Assembly: GCA_035499735.1 (NCBI GenBank) | Contig: DATJYC010000001.1 | Location: 46,016-110,015, forward strand | DNA: 64,000 nt | Direction: 5' to 3' | Origin: Burkholderiales bacterium | GTDB lineage: Bacteria > Pseudomonadota > Gammaproteobacteria > Burkholderiales > SG8-39 | Shown here: positions 9,888-19,971 of the stretch, in pieces | Layout of the letters: every line of letters begins with the position of its first letter | Position numbering within the stretch: position 1 is the stretch's first letter | Translations under genes and position numbers: made by a program | Notes under the pieces: model-generated | Seen by the model: the letters and a program-made list of their open reading frames with translations, nothing else | What the model was told of the DNA's origin: nothing | The model's database searches: none

Positions 9888-10487
9888 TCACCACCTCTTG
9901 TCCTTGCGAGTATCGAGCAGCGGCCGGAGCCGCTCCGCGATGGCCTCGCGCGCACGGAATATCCGCGACCGGACCGTTCCGATCGGGCAATTCATGATCG
10001 CCGCAATGTCCTCGTAGCTGAGCCCCTCAAGCTCGCGCAGCGTGATGGCGTTGCGCAGCTCTTCGGGCAGTTGCTCCAGGGTGTCGTTGACCGTGCGGGC
10101 GATCTCCGCCGACATCATCATGCTCTCGGGCGTGTTGATGTCGCGCAGCTGGTCGCCGTCCTCGAACGCCTCCGCGTCCTCGGTATCGAACTCGGTCGTG
10201 GTCGGCGCGCGCCGGCCCATGGCGACCAGGTAGTTCTTCGCGGTATTGATGCCGATCCGGTAGAGCCACGTGTAGAAGGCACTGTCGCCTCGGAACGAGG
10301 GGAGCGCCCGATAGGCCTTGATGAATGCTTCCTGTGCCACGTCCTCTACTTCGACCGGGTCCCGTATGAACCGGGACAGCAGCCGTGCCAGTTTACGTTG
10401 GTACTTCGACACCAGCAGCTCGAAAGCATGCTTGTCGCCTCGCTGGGCCCGCTCGACCAGCTGTCGGTCGAGTTCCCTCTCATCCAT
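9888..10487 (-). CDS. rpoE: RNA polymerase sigma-E (ECF sigma, RpoE/AlgU)
   Basis: 199 aa. DKHAFELLVSKYQRKL...DVAQEAFIKAYRAL (region 2) and LEGLSYEDIAAIMNCPIGTVRSRIFRAREAI (region 4). Confidence 0.95.
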   Translation of the reverse strand: MDERELDRQLVERAQRGDKHAFELLVSKYQRKLARLLSRFIRDPVEVEDVAQEAFIKAYRALPSFRGDSAFYTWLYRIGINTAKNYLVAMGRRAPTTTEFDTEDAEAFEDGDQLRDINTPESMMMSAEIARTVNDTLEQLPEELRNAITLRELEGLSYEDIAAIMNCPIGTVRSRIFRAREAIAERLRPLLDTRKDKRW

Positions 10488-10587
10488 CCGCCGCCGTCCC
10501 TGAAGCGGTGCCGCGCTTCTGTCCGAAGTTGTCCACAGGCGGCGGCAGTATACCGTAGTGACTTCATCACCTCGGCGCCCGTGCTGC

Positions 10588-10615
10588 TAGAGACCGGGGC
10601 GCGGGGCAATAGTTC
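10588..10615 (-). promoter_or_regulatory. candidate sigma-E-type (autoregulated) promoter upstream of rpoE
   Basis: Minus strand reads GAACTA-N16-TCTCTA, about 100 nt upstream of the rpoE ATG. It resembles the GAACTT-N16/17-TCTGA RpoE/AlgU consensus as recalled. Confidence 0.35.
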
Positions 10616-10629
10616 AGTATCCCGTAAGG

Positions 10630-11073
10630 TTATTCCGGCCCTTTCCGCGTCGCGCCCGGACGCCATCGCAGCCATACCCGGAGCTTGCGAAAGTCCTCGG
10701 GAGGCACTGAATCAGGCATGAGAACCACTCTTGTGCTTCGGCCGTGGGCATCCTTCAGCCCGACGATAGCCACCGCCGCCGAGACGAAGTGGCTCTCGCC
10801 CAGCGTTCCCTCCTGCCAGCTTCCATCCCGATTCTTCCAGGAAGCACGTCCATCCTCGCGCAACTCCAGCGATACGGCTTGATTCGCCGTGCGAAGGAAC
10901 GCCTGAGCAAGCGACTTTCCCAGGGACGCGAGAAGGAGCGCCCAGACCGCAAAGCGCAGCCAGCCACCCAAGCCGATGGAAGCGGCAGCCAGGGCGAGGC
11001 AGTGCACGACGGCGAGGATCCCGATCAACCTGCGTGACGGCCGCAGATCCAGGCGCAGAAAGGGTGCAGCCAC
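10630..11073 (-). CDS. YgfX/CptA-like (DUF1434) inner-membrane protein
   Basis: 147 aa. Two N-terminal TM helices, then ...LELREDGRASW...VVLMPDSVPPEDFRKLRVWLRW. This parallels E. coli YgfX (...LWLAADSMDEAEWRDLRRIL...) in layout and motif. Confidence 0.55.
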   Translation of the reverse strand: MAAPFLRLDLRPSRRLIGILAVVHCLALAAASIGLGGWLRFAVWALLLASLGKSLAQAFLRTANQAVSLELREDGRASWKNRDGSWQEGTLGESHFVSAAVAIVGLKDAHGRSTRVVLMPDSVPPEDFRKLRVWLRWRPGATRKGPE

Positions 11074-11083
11074 GCCCGAGGGA

Positions 11084-12322
11084 TCAGGCGCGCCGGAAGA
11101 TCAGGGTCCCGTTGGTGCCGCCGAACCCGAACGAGTTGGACAGCGCGGCCCGGATCGGCATGCGCCGAGCGGTGTTGGGCACGTAATCGAGGTCGCAGGC
11201 CGGATCCTGGCTTGCCAGGTTGGCGGTCGGCGGCGCGACCTGGTCGCGAATCGCCAGCGCCGAGAAGATAGCCTCGACGCCGCCAGCCGCGCCGAGCAGG
11301 TGACCGGTCATCGACTTGGTCGAGCTCACCGCGAGCTTCTTCGCGTGATCTCCGAAAGCGCGCTTCACGGCCACCGTCTCCGCGATGTCTCCGAGCGGCG
11401 TCGAGGTTCCGTGCGCGTTGATGTAATCGATATCGTCGCGGTTCATGCCGGCATTGCGCAGCGCATTCTCCATGCAGCGCGCGGCGCCGTCGCCGCTCTC
11501 CTGGGGCGCCGTCATGTGGAAGGCGTCGCCGCTCATGCCGTAGCCGGCGAGCTCGGCGTAGATTCTTGCGCCCCGCTTCTTCGCGTGCTCGATCTCTTCC
11601 AGCACCAAGACGCCCGCTCCTTCGGCAAGGACGAATCCGTCTCTGTCCTTCTCCCAGGGCCGGCTCGCGGTCAGCGGGTCGTCGTTCCTCGTCGACAGAG
11701 CGCGCGCCGAGGAGAAGCCGCCCACGCCGAGCGGAGTAATCGCGGCTTCGGCCCCTCCGGCGACCATGACGTCGCAGTCGCCGTACTCGATCAGGCGGCC
11801 CGACTCGCCGATGCAGTGGGCCGAAGTGGTGCATGCGGTGACCATCGCGAGGTTGGGGCCTTTCAGTCCGTGCATGATCGAGAAATTGCCCGAGATCATG
11901 TTGATGATGGTGCTCGGGATGAAGAAAGGCGAGATCTTGCGTGGCCCGCCCTTGAGCATGTCGTTGTGCGTTTCCTCGATCATCGGCAGCCCTCCGATCC
12001 CCGAGCCGATGTTCACGCCGATGCGCCCGGCATTGGCTTCGGTGACTTCGAGGCCCGAGTCCCTCAGCGCCTGCGTAGCCGCCGCGATGCCGAAGTGGAT
12101 GAAGCGGTCCATGCGACGCGCTTCCTTCGGCGAGAGATACTGTGACACTTCGAAATTCTTCACTTCACCCGCGATCTGGCTGGCGAAGGGGCTCGCATCG
12201 AACAGGGAGATGCGCGCGATTCCCGGCTTGCCGGCGAGCGCGTTCGACCAGGCTTCGGCAACGGTGTTGCCGATCGGGCAGATGATTCCTAGTCCGGTGA
12301 CAACGACACGACGGCGGCTCAA
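11084..12322 (-). CDS. fabF: 3-oxoacyl-ACP synthase II
   Basis: 412 aa. [20 protein letters not shown] (Cys), [11 protein letters not shown] (His), TGHLLGAAG (His). Immediately downstream of acpP. Confidence 0.95.
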   Translation of the reverse strand: MSRRRVVVTGLGIICPIGNTVAEAWSNALAGKPGIARISLFDASPFASQIAGEVKNFEVSQYLSPKEARRMDRFIHFGIAAATQALRDSGLEVTEANAGRIGVNIGSGIGGLPMIEETHNDMLKGGPRKISPFFIPSTIINMISGNFSIMHGLKGPNLAMVTACTTSAHCIGESGRLIEYGDCDVMVAGGAEAAITPLGVGGFSSARALSTRNDDPLTASRPWEKDRDGFVLAEGAGVLVLEEIEHAKKRGARIYAELAGYGMSGDAFHMTAPQESGDGAARCMENALRNAGMNRDDIDYINAHGTSTPLGDIAETVAVKRAFGDHAKKLAVSSTKSMTGHLLGAAGGVEAIFSALAIRDQVAPPTANLASQDPACDLDYVPNTARRMPIRAALSNSFGFGGTNGTLIFRRA

Positions 12323-12346
12323 ATCGACCCCGGCCGTGTGAGAACG

Positions 12347-12589
12347 TCAGGCTTTCTTGGAATGAGCGGAGACGTACGCGATGGCCTGCTGGACCGTCGT
12401 GATCTTTTCGGCCTCCTCGTCCGGAATCTCGGTCTCGAACTCCTCCTCGAGAGCCATCACGAGCTCCACCGTGTCGAGCGAGTCGGCGCCGAGATCGTCC
12501 ACAAAGGAGGATTCGTTCTTGATCTCCGCTTCGTTGACGCCGAGCTGTTCCGCGACGATTTTCTTGACGCGCTGTTCAACGTTTTCCAT
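12347..12589 (-). CDS. acpP: acyl carrier protein (housekeeping)
   Basis: Internal start [18 protein letters not shown]...[23 protein letters not shown] (80 aa), a canonical AcpP with the DSL site. Confidence 0.97.
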   Translation of the reverse strand: MENVEQRVKKIVAEQLGVNEAEIKNESSFVDDLGADSLDTVELVMALEEEFETEIPDEEAEKITTVQQAIAYVSAHSKKA

Positions 12590-12663
12590 CGGGTTCTTCC
12601 CCCTTGTCTGCTGAGATCGAAATTCGGAAGGTGCGCATTGTATCAGAATCGCATTGCGCTCTT

Positions 12664-13407
12664 TCAAGTCATGTACATGCCGCCGTTCACGTGCACCGTA
12701 GTTCCGGTGATGTATGCCGCCTGGGGCGAGGCGAGGAAAGCCACGGCCGCCGCGACGTCCTCGGGATTTCCGAGGCGTCCCAGCGGAATCTGCTGCAGCA
12801 GCGCCGTCCGCTGCTCGTCCGACAGCGCGCGGGTCATGTCGGTGTCGATGAATCCCGGCGCGACGCAGTTGACCGTGACGCCGCGGCTCCCGATCTCGCG
12901 GGCGAGCGAGCGCGTCATCCCCGCGATTCCCGCTTTCGCGGCCGCGTAGTTGATCTGTCCCGCGTTTCCGCTCGATCCGACGATCGAGGTGATGTTGATG
13001 ATCCTTCCCGAGCGCGCCTTGAGCATGCCGCGCAGCACCGCCTTGGTGAGGCGAAACACCGACTTCAGGTTGGTGTCGATCACCGCGTCCCATTCCGCCT
13101 CCTTCATCCGCACCGCGAGGTTGTCCTGCGTGATGCCGGCGTTGTTGACGAGGATGGACACCGCGCCGTACGCCTTCTCGAAGTCGGCCACGACCGCATC
13201 AACGTTCGCGTCCACCCTGACGTCGAGCTGCACCCCCTTGCCCTGCACCTTGGCCGCGAGCAGATAGTCGCCGATCGATTGCGCGCCGGCGGCCGTGGTT
13301 GCGGTGCCCACCACGGTTGCGCCGCGCTCCCCGAGCATCAAGGCGACCGCCTTACCGATCCCGCGCGATGCGCCTGTCACCAATGCGCGCTGTCCCTGAA
13401 GATCCAT
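12664..13407 (-). CDS. fabG: 3-oxoacyl-ACP reductase
   Basis: Internal start [22 protein letters not shown]..., ending ...HVNGGMYMT (247 aa). SDR motifs and NYAAAKAG are present. Confidence 0.95.
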   Translation of the reverse strand: MDLQGQRALVTGASRGIGKAVALMLGERGATVVGTATTAAGAQSIGDYLLAAKVQGKGVQLDVRVDANVDAVVADFEKAYGAVSILVNNAGITQDNLAVRMKEAEWDAVIDTNLKSVFRLTKAVLRGMLKARSGRIINITSIVGSSGNAGQINYAAAKAGIAGMTRSLAREIGSRGVTVNCVAPGFIDTDMTRALSDEQRTALLQQIPLGRLGNPEDVAAAVAFLASPQAAYITGTTVHVNGGMYMT

Positions 13408-14342
13408 CACCCTTCCCTCAAAGCTTGCACTCCCGACTCGATCGCCCCCCGGTCGGCGAGCGCCAGAGCCTGGAGCGCGTCGGCGATGCGCTTGGTGAGC
13501 GGCGCGAGGATCTTGCCGGGACCGCATTCGAAGATGTGCGTGACGCCCCGCGCAGCCATCTCCTTCACGCATTGGACCCAGAGCACGGGGTGGTCCGCCT
13601 GCGTCACGAGCGCCTTACGAATCGCGTCCGGATCGTTGTGGCTCTTCGCGTCGACGTTGTGTATCACGGGAATGCGCGGAGGATTGATCGCGATCTTCGA
13701 CAGGGCCTCGCCCAGCCTAATTGCAGCCGGCTTCATGAGCGAGGAGTGGAACGGCGCACTGACCGGAAGCGGAACCGCTCGCTTCGCGCCCAGAGTCTTG
13801 GCGACTTCCATCGCCCGCTTTACCGCTTCGGCATGTCCCGCGATAACGACCTGAGCGGGCGCGTTCCAGTTCACCGGCTCGCAGACCTCGCTTCCTGCGG
13901 CCTTGGCGCACGCGTCCCGCACCTTCTGGTCATCGAGACCGAGAATTGCCGCCATCGCGCCCTGGCCTTGAGGCACCGCCTCCTGCATCGCGCTCGCGCG
14001 CAGGCGCACCAGCGGAAGGCAGTCTGCGAAGGAGATCGTGCCCGACGCCACCAGCGCGGTGTATTCCCCGAGGCTGTGCCCCGCGACGAGCGAAGGCTCC
14101 GCGCCGCCCAGCTCGCGCCACAGACGCCACGCGCAGATCCCCGCTGTGACCATGACCGGCTGCGTGTTGACCGTGCGGTTGAGCTCCTCGGCCGGACCCT
14201 CGGCCATGAGCTTGCCGACGTCCTGCTTGAGAATGTCCGACGCTTCCTGGAGCGTCGCGCGGACCACCGGCGCGTCGCCGTACCCCGCGAGCATCCCGAC
14301 CGACTGCGATCCCTGCCCGGGAAAAACCAAGGCGAGCTTCAT
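13407..14342 (-). CDS. fabD: malonyl-CoA:ACP transacylase
   Basis: Internal start [18 protein letters not shown]..., with active site GHSLGEYTALV. 1-nt TGATG junction with fabG. Confidence 0.95.
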   Translation of the reverse strand: MKLALVFPGQGSQSVGMLAGYGDAPVVRATLQEASDILKQDVGKLMAEGPAEELNRTVNTQPVMVTAGICAWRLWRELGGAEPSLVAGHSLGEYTALVASGTISFADCLPLVRLRASAMQEAVPQGQGAMAAILGLDDQKVRDACAKAAGSEVCEPVNWNAPAQVVIAGHAEAVKRAMEVAKTLGAKRAVPLPVSAPFHSSLMKPAAIRLGEALSKIAINPPRIPVIHNVDAKSHNDPDAIRKALVTQADHPVLWVQCVKEMAARGVTHIFECGPGKILAPLTKRIADALQALALADRGAIESGVQALREG

Positions 14343-15301
14343 TACATCTCCACCAGCGCCGCGCCCCAGGTGAAACCGCCCCCTACGCCCTGCAGCATTA
14401 CCTTGTGACCGGGCCTGACGCGCCCGTCGCGGATTGCCAAGTCGAGCGCAAGCGGGACCGAGGCCGCGGAGGTATTGGCATGGCGGTCCACGGTGACGAT
14501 GAGCTTGGAACGGTCCAGTCCGAGCTTCCTCGCGGTCGCCTCCAGAATGCGCACGTTCGCCTGGTGCGGAATGAGCCAGTCGATGTCCGCAACGTTCAGC
14601 CCGCACTGCGCCAGCGTTTCGCGCGCCGATTCGTCGAGGACCTTCACGGCGAACTTGAACACTGCCTGCCCGTCCATCTGCAGATATGGCGAGCCCACGA
14701 TCTTGCCGCCGCTCACGTTTCCCGGCACCGACAGGATGCCCGCTTGCGACCCGTCGGCGTGGAGCACGCTGCCGAGGATTCCCGGGCTGGCGTCCGCCCG
14801 GAGGACCACGGCGCCGGCACCGTCGCCGAACAGCACCGCCGTGGCACGGTCGTTCCAGTCGAGAATGCGGGAGTACACTTCGCTACCCACGACCAGCGCA
14901 CAGCGATGCTGCCCCGAGCGGATCATCTTGTCCGCGATCGCCAGCGCGTAGACGAAACCGCTGCACACCGCCTGGATGTCGAAAGCGGCGCAACCCTTCG
15001 CTCCGAGCTTCGCCTGCATAATGCAGGCCGTGCTCGGAAAAATGTAGTCAGGGGTCGCGGTAGCGACGATGATGAGGTCGATGTCCTCGACCTGGACGCC
15101 GGCCGCGGCGAGCGCAGCGCGACTCGCTTCAGTGGCGAGATCGCTCGACGCCTGCGAAGCGTCCGCGATGTGTCGCTGCCGGATTCCCGTGCGCGTGCGG
15201 ATCCACTCGTCGGAGGTATCCATGCGCCGCGCCAACTCTTCGTTGGTCACGACTTTGGCGGGTAGGAAGCTCCCTGTGCCGACGATGCGCGACCAGATCA
15301 T
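14342..15301 (-). CDS. fabH: 3-oxoacyl-ACP synthase III
   Basis: Internal start [23 protein letters not shown]..., CSGFVYAL (Cys), HQAN (His), and GGGFTWGA (319 aa). ATGA overlap with plsX. Confidence 0.95.
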   Translation of the reverse strand: MIWSRIVGTGSFLPAKVVTNEELARRMDTSDEWIRTRTGIRQRHIADASQASSDLATEASRAALAAAGVQVEDIDLIIVATATPDYIFPSTACIMQAKLGAKGCAAFDIQAVCSGFVYALAIADKMIRSGQHRCALVVGSEVYSRILDWNDRATAVLFGDGAGAVVLRADASPGILGSVLHADGSQAGILSVPGNVSGGKIVGSPYLQMDGQAVFKFAVKVLDESARETLAQCGLNVADIDWLIPHQANVRILEATARKLGLDRSKLIVTVDRHANTSAASVPLALDLAIRDGRVRPGHKVMLQGVGGGFTWGAALVEM

Positions 15302-16323
15302 TGTCCGACCGCCTCGGCGGTCTCGGCGGCTCCAAAGCGCGCCACCAGCCTGCGAAGCACCTCGTTCCTGACCTCCTCGGCGGCGCGTTCGATCGCGCGC
15401 ATGAAGCCCAGAGCATCCGCGGAGCCGTGGCTCTTCACGACGATGCCCTTCAGTCCCAGCAGCGTGGCGCCGTTGAAGTGGCGCGGATCGAGGCGCCTGC
15501 GGAAGGCGAACAACACCGGCAGTACCAGCACGGCAGCAAGCTTGGTGAGCGGGCTGCGCATGAACTCCTGGCGGATGAAGCTGCGCACCATCTGCGCGAT
15601 CCCCTCGGACGCCTTGAGCATGACGTTGCCGACGAAACCGTCGCACACCACGACGTCCGCTGCGCCTTTGTATATGCCGTCGCCCTCGATATTGCCGATG
15701 AAGTTGAGGCCGCTTCCGCGCAACAGCTCTCCCGCCTTCTTGACCACCTCGTTGCCCTTGATGTCCTCTTCGCCGATGTTGAGTAGGCCGACGCTGGGAC
15801 GCTCCTTGTGCTCGACAGCCGACACCAGCGTCGCCCCCATGATCGCGAATTGAAGCAGATGCTCCGGCGCACAATCCACGTTCGCCCCGAGGTCGAGCAC
15901 ATACGTGCTTCCACGCAGCGTGGGCAGGGCCGAGATGATCGCGGGGCGATCGATGCCCGGCAGCGTCTTAAGGACGAAGCGCGAGATCGCCATGAGGGCG
16001 CCGGTGTTGCCCGCGCTGACGCAGGCGTGCGCCCCGCCGTTCTTCACTAGATCGACGGCGACGCGGATGGAGGAATCCTTCTTGCCGCGAAGCGCGAGCG
16101 CCGGCGATTCATCCATGGCCACGACCTCGCTCGCGTGCTGGATGCGAAGCCGAGGACCGGTCTTCGCGCCGCGCGCCTTGAGCTCGGCCTCGATCGCGTC
16201 GTGCAGACCCACCAGGACGATGTCTACTCCCGGGTTGGACTTGAGGAAATTCAGGGCGGCCGGCACCGTTACGTGCGGACCGTGATCGCCGCCCATGCAA
16301 TCGATGGCTACGGTCGTGTCCAT
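15298..16323 (-). CDS. plsX: phosphate acyltransferase PlsX
   Basis: 341 aa. [12 protein letters not shown]...[11 protein letters not shown] signature. Confidence 0.95.
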   Translation of the reverse strand: MDTTVAIDCMGGDHGPHVTVPAALNFLKSNPGVDIVLVGLHDAIEAELKARGAKTGPRLRIQHASEVVAMDESPALALRGKKDSSIRVAVDLVKNGGAHACVSAGNTGALMAISRFVLKTLPGIDRPAIISALPTLRGSTYVLDLGANVDCAPEHLLQFAIMGATLVSAVEHKERPSVGLLNIGEEDIKGNEVVKKAGELLRGSGLNFIGNIEGDGIYKGAADVVVCDGFVGNVMLKASEGIAQMVRSFIRQEFMRSPLTKLAAVLVLPVLFAFRRRLDPRHFNGATLLGLKGIVVKSHGSADALGFMRAIERAAEEVRNEVLRRLVARFGAAETAEAVGQ

Positions 16324-16356
16324 GCGCGGAGGCGCAGCGCGCCTGCCGGTCGGGAT

Positions 16357-16536
16357 TTACTCGCCCTTCGTCTTGACGACCTTCTTGCCGCGGTAGTAGC
16401 CGCTCGGGCTGATATGGTGGCGCAGGTGCACCTCGCCCGTTGTCGGCTCGACCGCGAGCGGCGGGTTGGTCAGAAAGTCATGGGCGCGATGCATCCCGCG
16501 CTTGGAGGGGGATTTCTTGTTCTGCTGAACCGCCAT
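16357..16536 (-). CDS. rpmF: 50S ribosomal protein L32
   Basis: Not in the ORF track (59 aa). Manual translation gives [59 protein letters not shown]. Canonical yceD-rpmF-plsX position. Confidence 0.95.
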   Translation of the reverse strand: MAVQQNKKSPSKRGMHRAHDFLTNPPLAVEPTTGEVHLRHHISPSGYYRGKKVVKTKGE

Positions 16537-16548
16537 GTGAAAGCTCCT

Positions 16549-16974
16549 TCAATTCGTATCGCCGTACTGTGCACACTGCTCATGCCGCGTCGCCATCGGC
16601 AGCTCGAGGATCACCTCGTCCTCGACGAGCCACGCCACATCCATGTTCCGGGACGCAAGCACGCGATCGATGTCGTCGTCGGCCTCCGAAATCTCGCGCA
16701 TGTTCTCCGCGAGCTGCAACTCGACGTCGACCGCGATGGGAAACCGGATCGGATCGAGGCAGCGCTGGCAGAGCAGCTTAACCGATCCCCTCACGGAAAG
16801 CCGCAAGCATGGCTTGCCGTTGCCCGCGCGGCCTCCGCGCAGGTGGTACTCCAGCCCTTCGGTCGAGCACTGCAGCTGCGCCAGCCGCGGCAAGCGCTCC
16901 ATGCCCACCACGCCGCGGCGTTCCTGCGCGGCGCGCGCGAATTGGAGGCCGTCGATCACCTCCGCTTGCGACAT
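16549..16974 (-). CDS. yceD: YceD (DUF177) 23S rRNA accumulation protein
   Basis: 141 aa. CQRCLDP...metal-binding-like Cys pairs and an acidic C-terminal part. Conserved just upstream of rpmF. Confidence 0.85.
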   Translation of the reverse strand: MSQAEVIDGLQFARAAQERRGVVGMERLPRLAQLQCSTEGLEYHLRGGRAGNGKPCLRLSVRGSVKLLCQRCLDPIRFPIAVDVELQLAENMREISEADDDIDRVLASRNMDVAWLVEDEVILELPMATRHEQCAQYGDTN

Positions 16975-16983
16975 AGGGGCCGC

Positions 16984-17403
16984 ATGATATTATGTTTGCC
17001 TCGGAGTGTCAAAAGAAATTCCAAGTTGTTCAGAGCGTTAGTGCACTTTTTGATCCTCGCGGGCGCGGTCGCACCGGCGTTCGGCCAAGTATTCAAGTGG
17101 GTGGACGAACGGGGCGTCACGCACTACGGCGAGCGCCCTCCGCAGGGTGGAAAGGCAAGCGAGGTTCCGGACAAGCTCGGGACCCCGGGAGGTATCCCGC
17201 CCAGGGCTTCCCAGGGGGACGCCAAACCCCCGGAGCCCGAGAAAACCGAGGAGACAAAACGCAAGGAGCAATGCGATCAGCAGCGCGAGCTGCTCGACCG
17301 GTTGGTGCAGAACGAGCTCGGCAGCGGCAAGGTACAAATCGACAGGGCCAACGCGATCGCCCGCCAGGAAAAGCTCGTCGCCGAGCGATGCAAAGGGCAA
17401 TGA
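16984..17403 (+). CDS. DUF4124-domain secreted protein
   Basis: Signal peptide ...LVHFLILAGAVAPAFGQ, then VFKWVDERGVTHYGERPP (the DUF4124 hallmark) and a low-complexity charged tail. The start is uncertain: the ATG at 16984 is only 9 nt from the divergent yceD start, so a downstream TTG or GTG is possible. Confidence 0.65.
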   Translation: MILCLPRSVKRNSKLFRALVHFLILAGAVAPAFGQVFKWVDERGVTHYGERPPQGGKASEVPDKLGTPGGIPPRASQGDAKPPEPEKTEETKRKEQCDQQRELLDRLVQNELGSGKVQIDRANAIARQEKLVAERCKGQ

Positions 17404-17987
17404 CGCCCAAGCCCGGACTGGTTCTCGCTTCGACTTCCCCGTATAGACGAGCTCTCCTGCAGCGTCTGGGACTGGAGTTCTCCGTTGCCGACCCTGCGGT
17501 CGCCGAGGAGCGGCGCGCCGACGAAGCGCCGCATGCCATGGCGAAGCGACTCGCCGAGGCCAAGGCAAGGGCGGTCGCCGACCGCTTCCCCGGGAGCCTC
17601 GTCATCGGCAGCGACCAGGTCGCGGTATGCGACGGCGAGATCCTGGACAAGCCCGGAACGCACGCCAATGCGGTACGGCAGCTGCGCCTGCTCTCGGGCC
17701 GGGAAGCGGTGTTCCATACGGCGGTGTGCGTACACGGCGCGCGCGGCGGGCGCACCGGGACCCGCTTGGTGCCCTGCCGCGTCACCTTCCGCGAGCTCGA
17801 CGACGCGGCCATCGCGCGCTATCTCGCGAGAGAGCAACCCTACGACTGCGCCGGCAGCGCCAAGTCGGAAGGGCTGGGCATTTCCCTCATCGCGAGAGTA
17901 GAGAGCGAGGATCCGACCGCTCTTGTCGGGCTACCGCTGATCGCGCTGGTGGAGTTGCTGCACGAGCAGGGCGTCGATGTCCCGTGA
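17400..17987 (+). CDS. maf: Maf-like nucleoside triphosphate pyrophosphatase
   Basis: MTPKPGLVLASTSPYRRALLQRLGL...IGSDQV...YDCAGSAKSEGLG (195 aa). ATGA overlap with the upstream stop. Confidence 0.9.
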   Translation: MTPKPGLVLASTSPYRRALLQRLGLEFSVADPAVAEERRADEAPHAMAKRLAEAKARAVADRFPGSLVIGSDQVAVCDGEILDKPGTHANAVRQLRLLSGREAVFHTAVCVHGARGGRTGTRLVPCRVTFRELDDAAIARYLAREQPYDCAGSAKSEGLGISLIARVESEDPTALVGLPLIALVELLHEQGVDVP

Positions 17988-18696
17988 AGCGGGATCGCTC
18001 TATCTCCTGCCGAACGTCCTGGGCGACACGGCGGCCGAAGCGGTGATTCCCGCTGCCGCGCTTGATCGCGCGCGCTCTCTCGACCATTTCATCGCGGAGA
18101 ATCCGAAATCCGCCCGCGCCTTCCTGAAGCGCATCGGCTATTCGCGGCCTTTGCAGGGCGCCCGCATCGTGCGGCTCGACCACAATACCAGGCCGGCCGA
18201 CGTGACGGCGCTGCTCGAACCGGTCCTCGCCGGCGCGGATGCTGGGCTACTGTCCGATGCCGGCCTCCCGGCCGTCGCCGATCCCGGCGCGGCGCTGGTG
18301 AGGGCCGCGCACGAGAAAGGCGTGCGAGTCATCCCCTTGAGCGGTCCTTCGTCGATATTCCTCGCGCTTGCAGCCTCGGGCCTTGAAGGCCAGCGCTTCG
18401 TGTTCCACGGCTACCTGCCGGTGAAGCGGTCCGATCTCGCCGCGGCATTGAAGGAAATCGAGCGCCAGTCGGGGCGCCTGGGCCAGACGCAGATCTTCAT
18501 CGAGACGCCCTACCGGAACGACGCTACCCTCGCGGCGATGCTCGGGCACCTGCGCGACGACACGCTGGTGTGCATCGCGGCCGATCTGACCCTGCCGTCA
18601 GAAACCGTCAACACGCGGCGGGTCGCCGCATGGCGCAGGAACCCGCCACGGCTCAAGGACCGCCCCGCCGTCTTCCTGGTGCTGTCGATCGACTAG
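17977..18696 (+). CDS. SAM-dependent methyltransferase, tetrapyrrole-methylase (RsmI-like) fold
   Basis: 239 aa. LYLLPNVLGD...LLSDAGLPAVADPGAALVRAAHEKGVRVIPLSGPSSIFLAL is typical of the TP_methylase family. Confidence 0.8.
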   Translation: MSREAGSLYLLPNVLGDTAAEAVIPAAALDRARSLDHFIAENPKSARAFLKRIGYSRPLQGARIVRLDHNTRPADVTALLEPVLAGADAGLLSDAGLPAVADPGAALVRAAHEKGVRVIPLSGPSSIFLALAASGLEGQRFVFHGYLPVKRSDLAAALKEIERQSGRLGQTQIFIETPYRNDATLAAMLGHLRDDTLVCIAADLTLPSETVNTRRVAAWRRNPPRLKDRPAVFLVLSID

Positions 18697-19622
18697 CGCA
18701 GGCCCTGGGAAACCAGCTTGGTCAGCACGCCGGCCATCGCGGCGCCGAAACGCCTCGCGAAGCGCTCGGTTATGTCCTGTCGCTTGGTGAAGTCGAAGAT
18801 GTCCGCAGCCTTGATCACCTCGCGCGCCACGTAGTCGACGCTCCCCAGCCCGTCGGCCAGCCCGAGCTCCACGCTCCTGTCCCCGGTCCACATCAGGCCG
18901 GAGAAGAGCTCCGGGCTTTCCTTCAGCCGCTTGCCCCGCCCTTTCTTCACGACGTCGATGAACTGCTTGTGGATGTCGTCGAGCATCGACTGTGCATGGC
19001 GCTTCTGCTTCTCGTCCACCGGCGAGAAGGGATCGAGGAATGCCTTGTTCTCGCCCGATACCAGCGCGCGCCGCTCCACGCCCAGCTTCTCCATCGTTCC
19101 GGTGAAGCCCCAGCCGTCCATGATCACGCCGATCGAACCGACGATGCTCGCCTTATCGACGTAGATCTTGTCGGTGGCGGCCGCAACGTAGTAGCCGCCC
19201 GACGCGCAGATGTCCTCCACCACCGCGTACACGGGAATGTTCGGATAGAGCCCGCGGAGCCTGCGGATCTCGTCGTAGATGATTCCCGCCTGTACCGGGC
19301 TGCCGCCGGGCGAGTTGATGCGCAAGATCACCCCGACAGTGTTCTTGTTCTTGAAGGCGTTCTGCAGCGCCTCGGTCACGCGGTCCGCGCTCGCGTCGCC
19401 CTTGGCGTCTATCACGCCGACCATGTCGACGAGCGCCGTGTGCCTGCCCGCGCCCAGCGATTCGGGGCTGCGCCAGTCGATCAGGAGGAGAATGAGGACC
19501 GTGAGGTAAGCGAAGAAGAGGAGCTTGAAGAAGATGCCCCAGCGGCGCGCGCGCCGCTGCTCCCGGAGGGCTGCGCCCGCCAGCTTCTCGATCAGTCCTC
19601 TCTCCCAGTCAGCTTCGGCCAT
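18693..19622 (-). CDS. sppA: S49-family signal peptide peptidase SppA (36K type)
   Basis: 309 aa. N-terminal TM, INSPGGSPVQAG, ASGGYYVAAA, and ASIVGSIGV motifs. Confidence 0.85.
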   Translation of the reverse strand: MAEADWERGLIEKLAGAALREQRRARRWGIFFKLLFFAYLTVLILLLIDWRSPESLGAGRHTALVDMVGVIDAKGDASADRVTEALQNAFKNKNTVGVILRINSPGGSPVQAGIIYDEIRRLRGLYPNIPVYAVVEDICASGGYYVAAATDKIYVDKASIVGSIGVIMDGWGFTGTMEKLGVERRALVSGENKAFLDPFSPVDEKQKRHAQSMLDDIHKQFIDVVKKGRGKRLKESPELFSGLMWTGDRSVELGLADGLGSVDYVAREVIKAADIFDFTKRQDITERFARRFGAAMAGVLTKLVSQGLR

Positions 19623-19971
19623 ACGAATCGCCTTTCACGAAGACTTGGCCGTCGCGCTCCTCGACGGGGACGGAAACAAGCCCTTCCTCGAAGCAGGGCC
19701 CGCGAACGCATCGGCCCGTGTCCGGCGCATAGGTCGCGCCGTGCGTCGAGCATATCAAATGCAAGCCCCAGGCATCAAAGAACTTGCCGGGCTTCCAGTC
19801 CAGCTCCATCGGCATGTGCGCGCAGCGGTTGAGGTAGGCGTAGACCCGCCCGCCGTAGCGGACGGCAAACGCCGGCTCCGGCCGGCCATCGACCTGGACC
19901 TCGAAACGTACGCCGTTTCCGCCGTCGACGAGATCGGCGCTCGCGCAGATCAGGCGTTCCGCTGCAGCCAT
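19609..19971 (-). CDS. Rieske [2Fe-2S] domain protein
   Basis: 120 aa. CAH...(21 aa)...CSTH Rieske ligand motif, plus a downstream ...RCVRGPC. Confidence 0.85.
   Translation of the reverse strand: MAAAERLICASADLVDGGNGVRFEVQVDGRPEPAFAVRYGGRVYAYLNRCAHMPMELDWKPGKFFDAWGLHLICSTHGATYAPDTGRCVRGPCFEEGLVSVPVEERDGQVFVKGDSYGRS

Noticed and set aside
442-15874. Several ORF-track entries with long N-terminal extensions (acpS 287 aa, acpP 248 aa, fabG 302 aa, fabD 399 aa, fabH 510 aa)
   Set aside because: The extensions overlap the upstream gene in another frame and are Arg/Gly-rich. Internal Met starts reproduce the canonical N-termini and give 1-4-nt coupled junctions.
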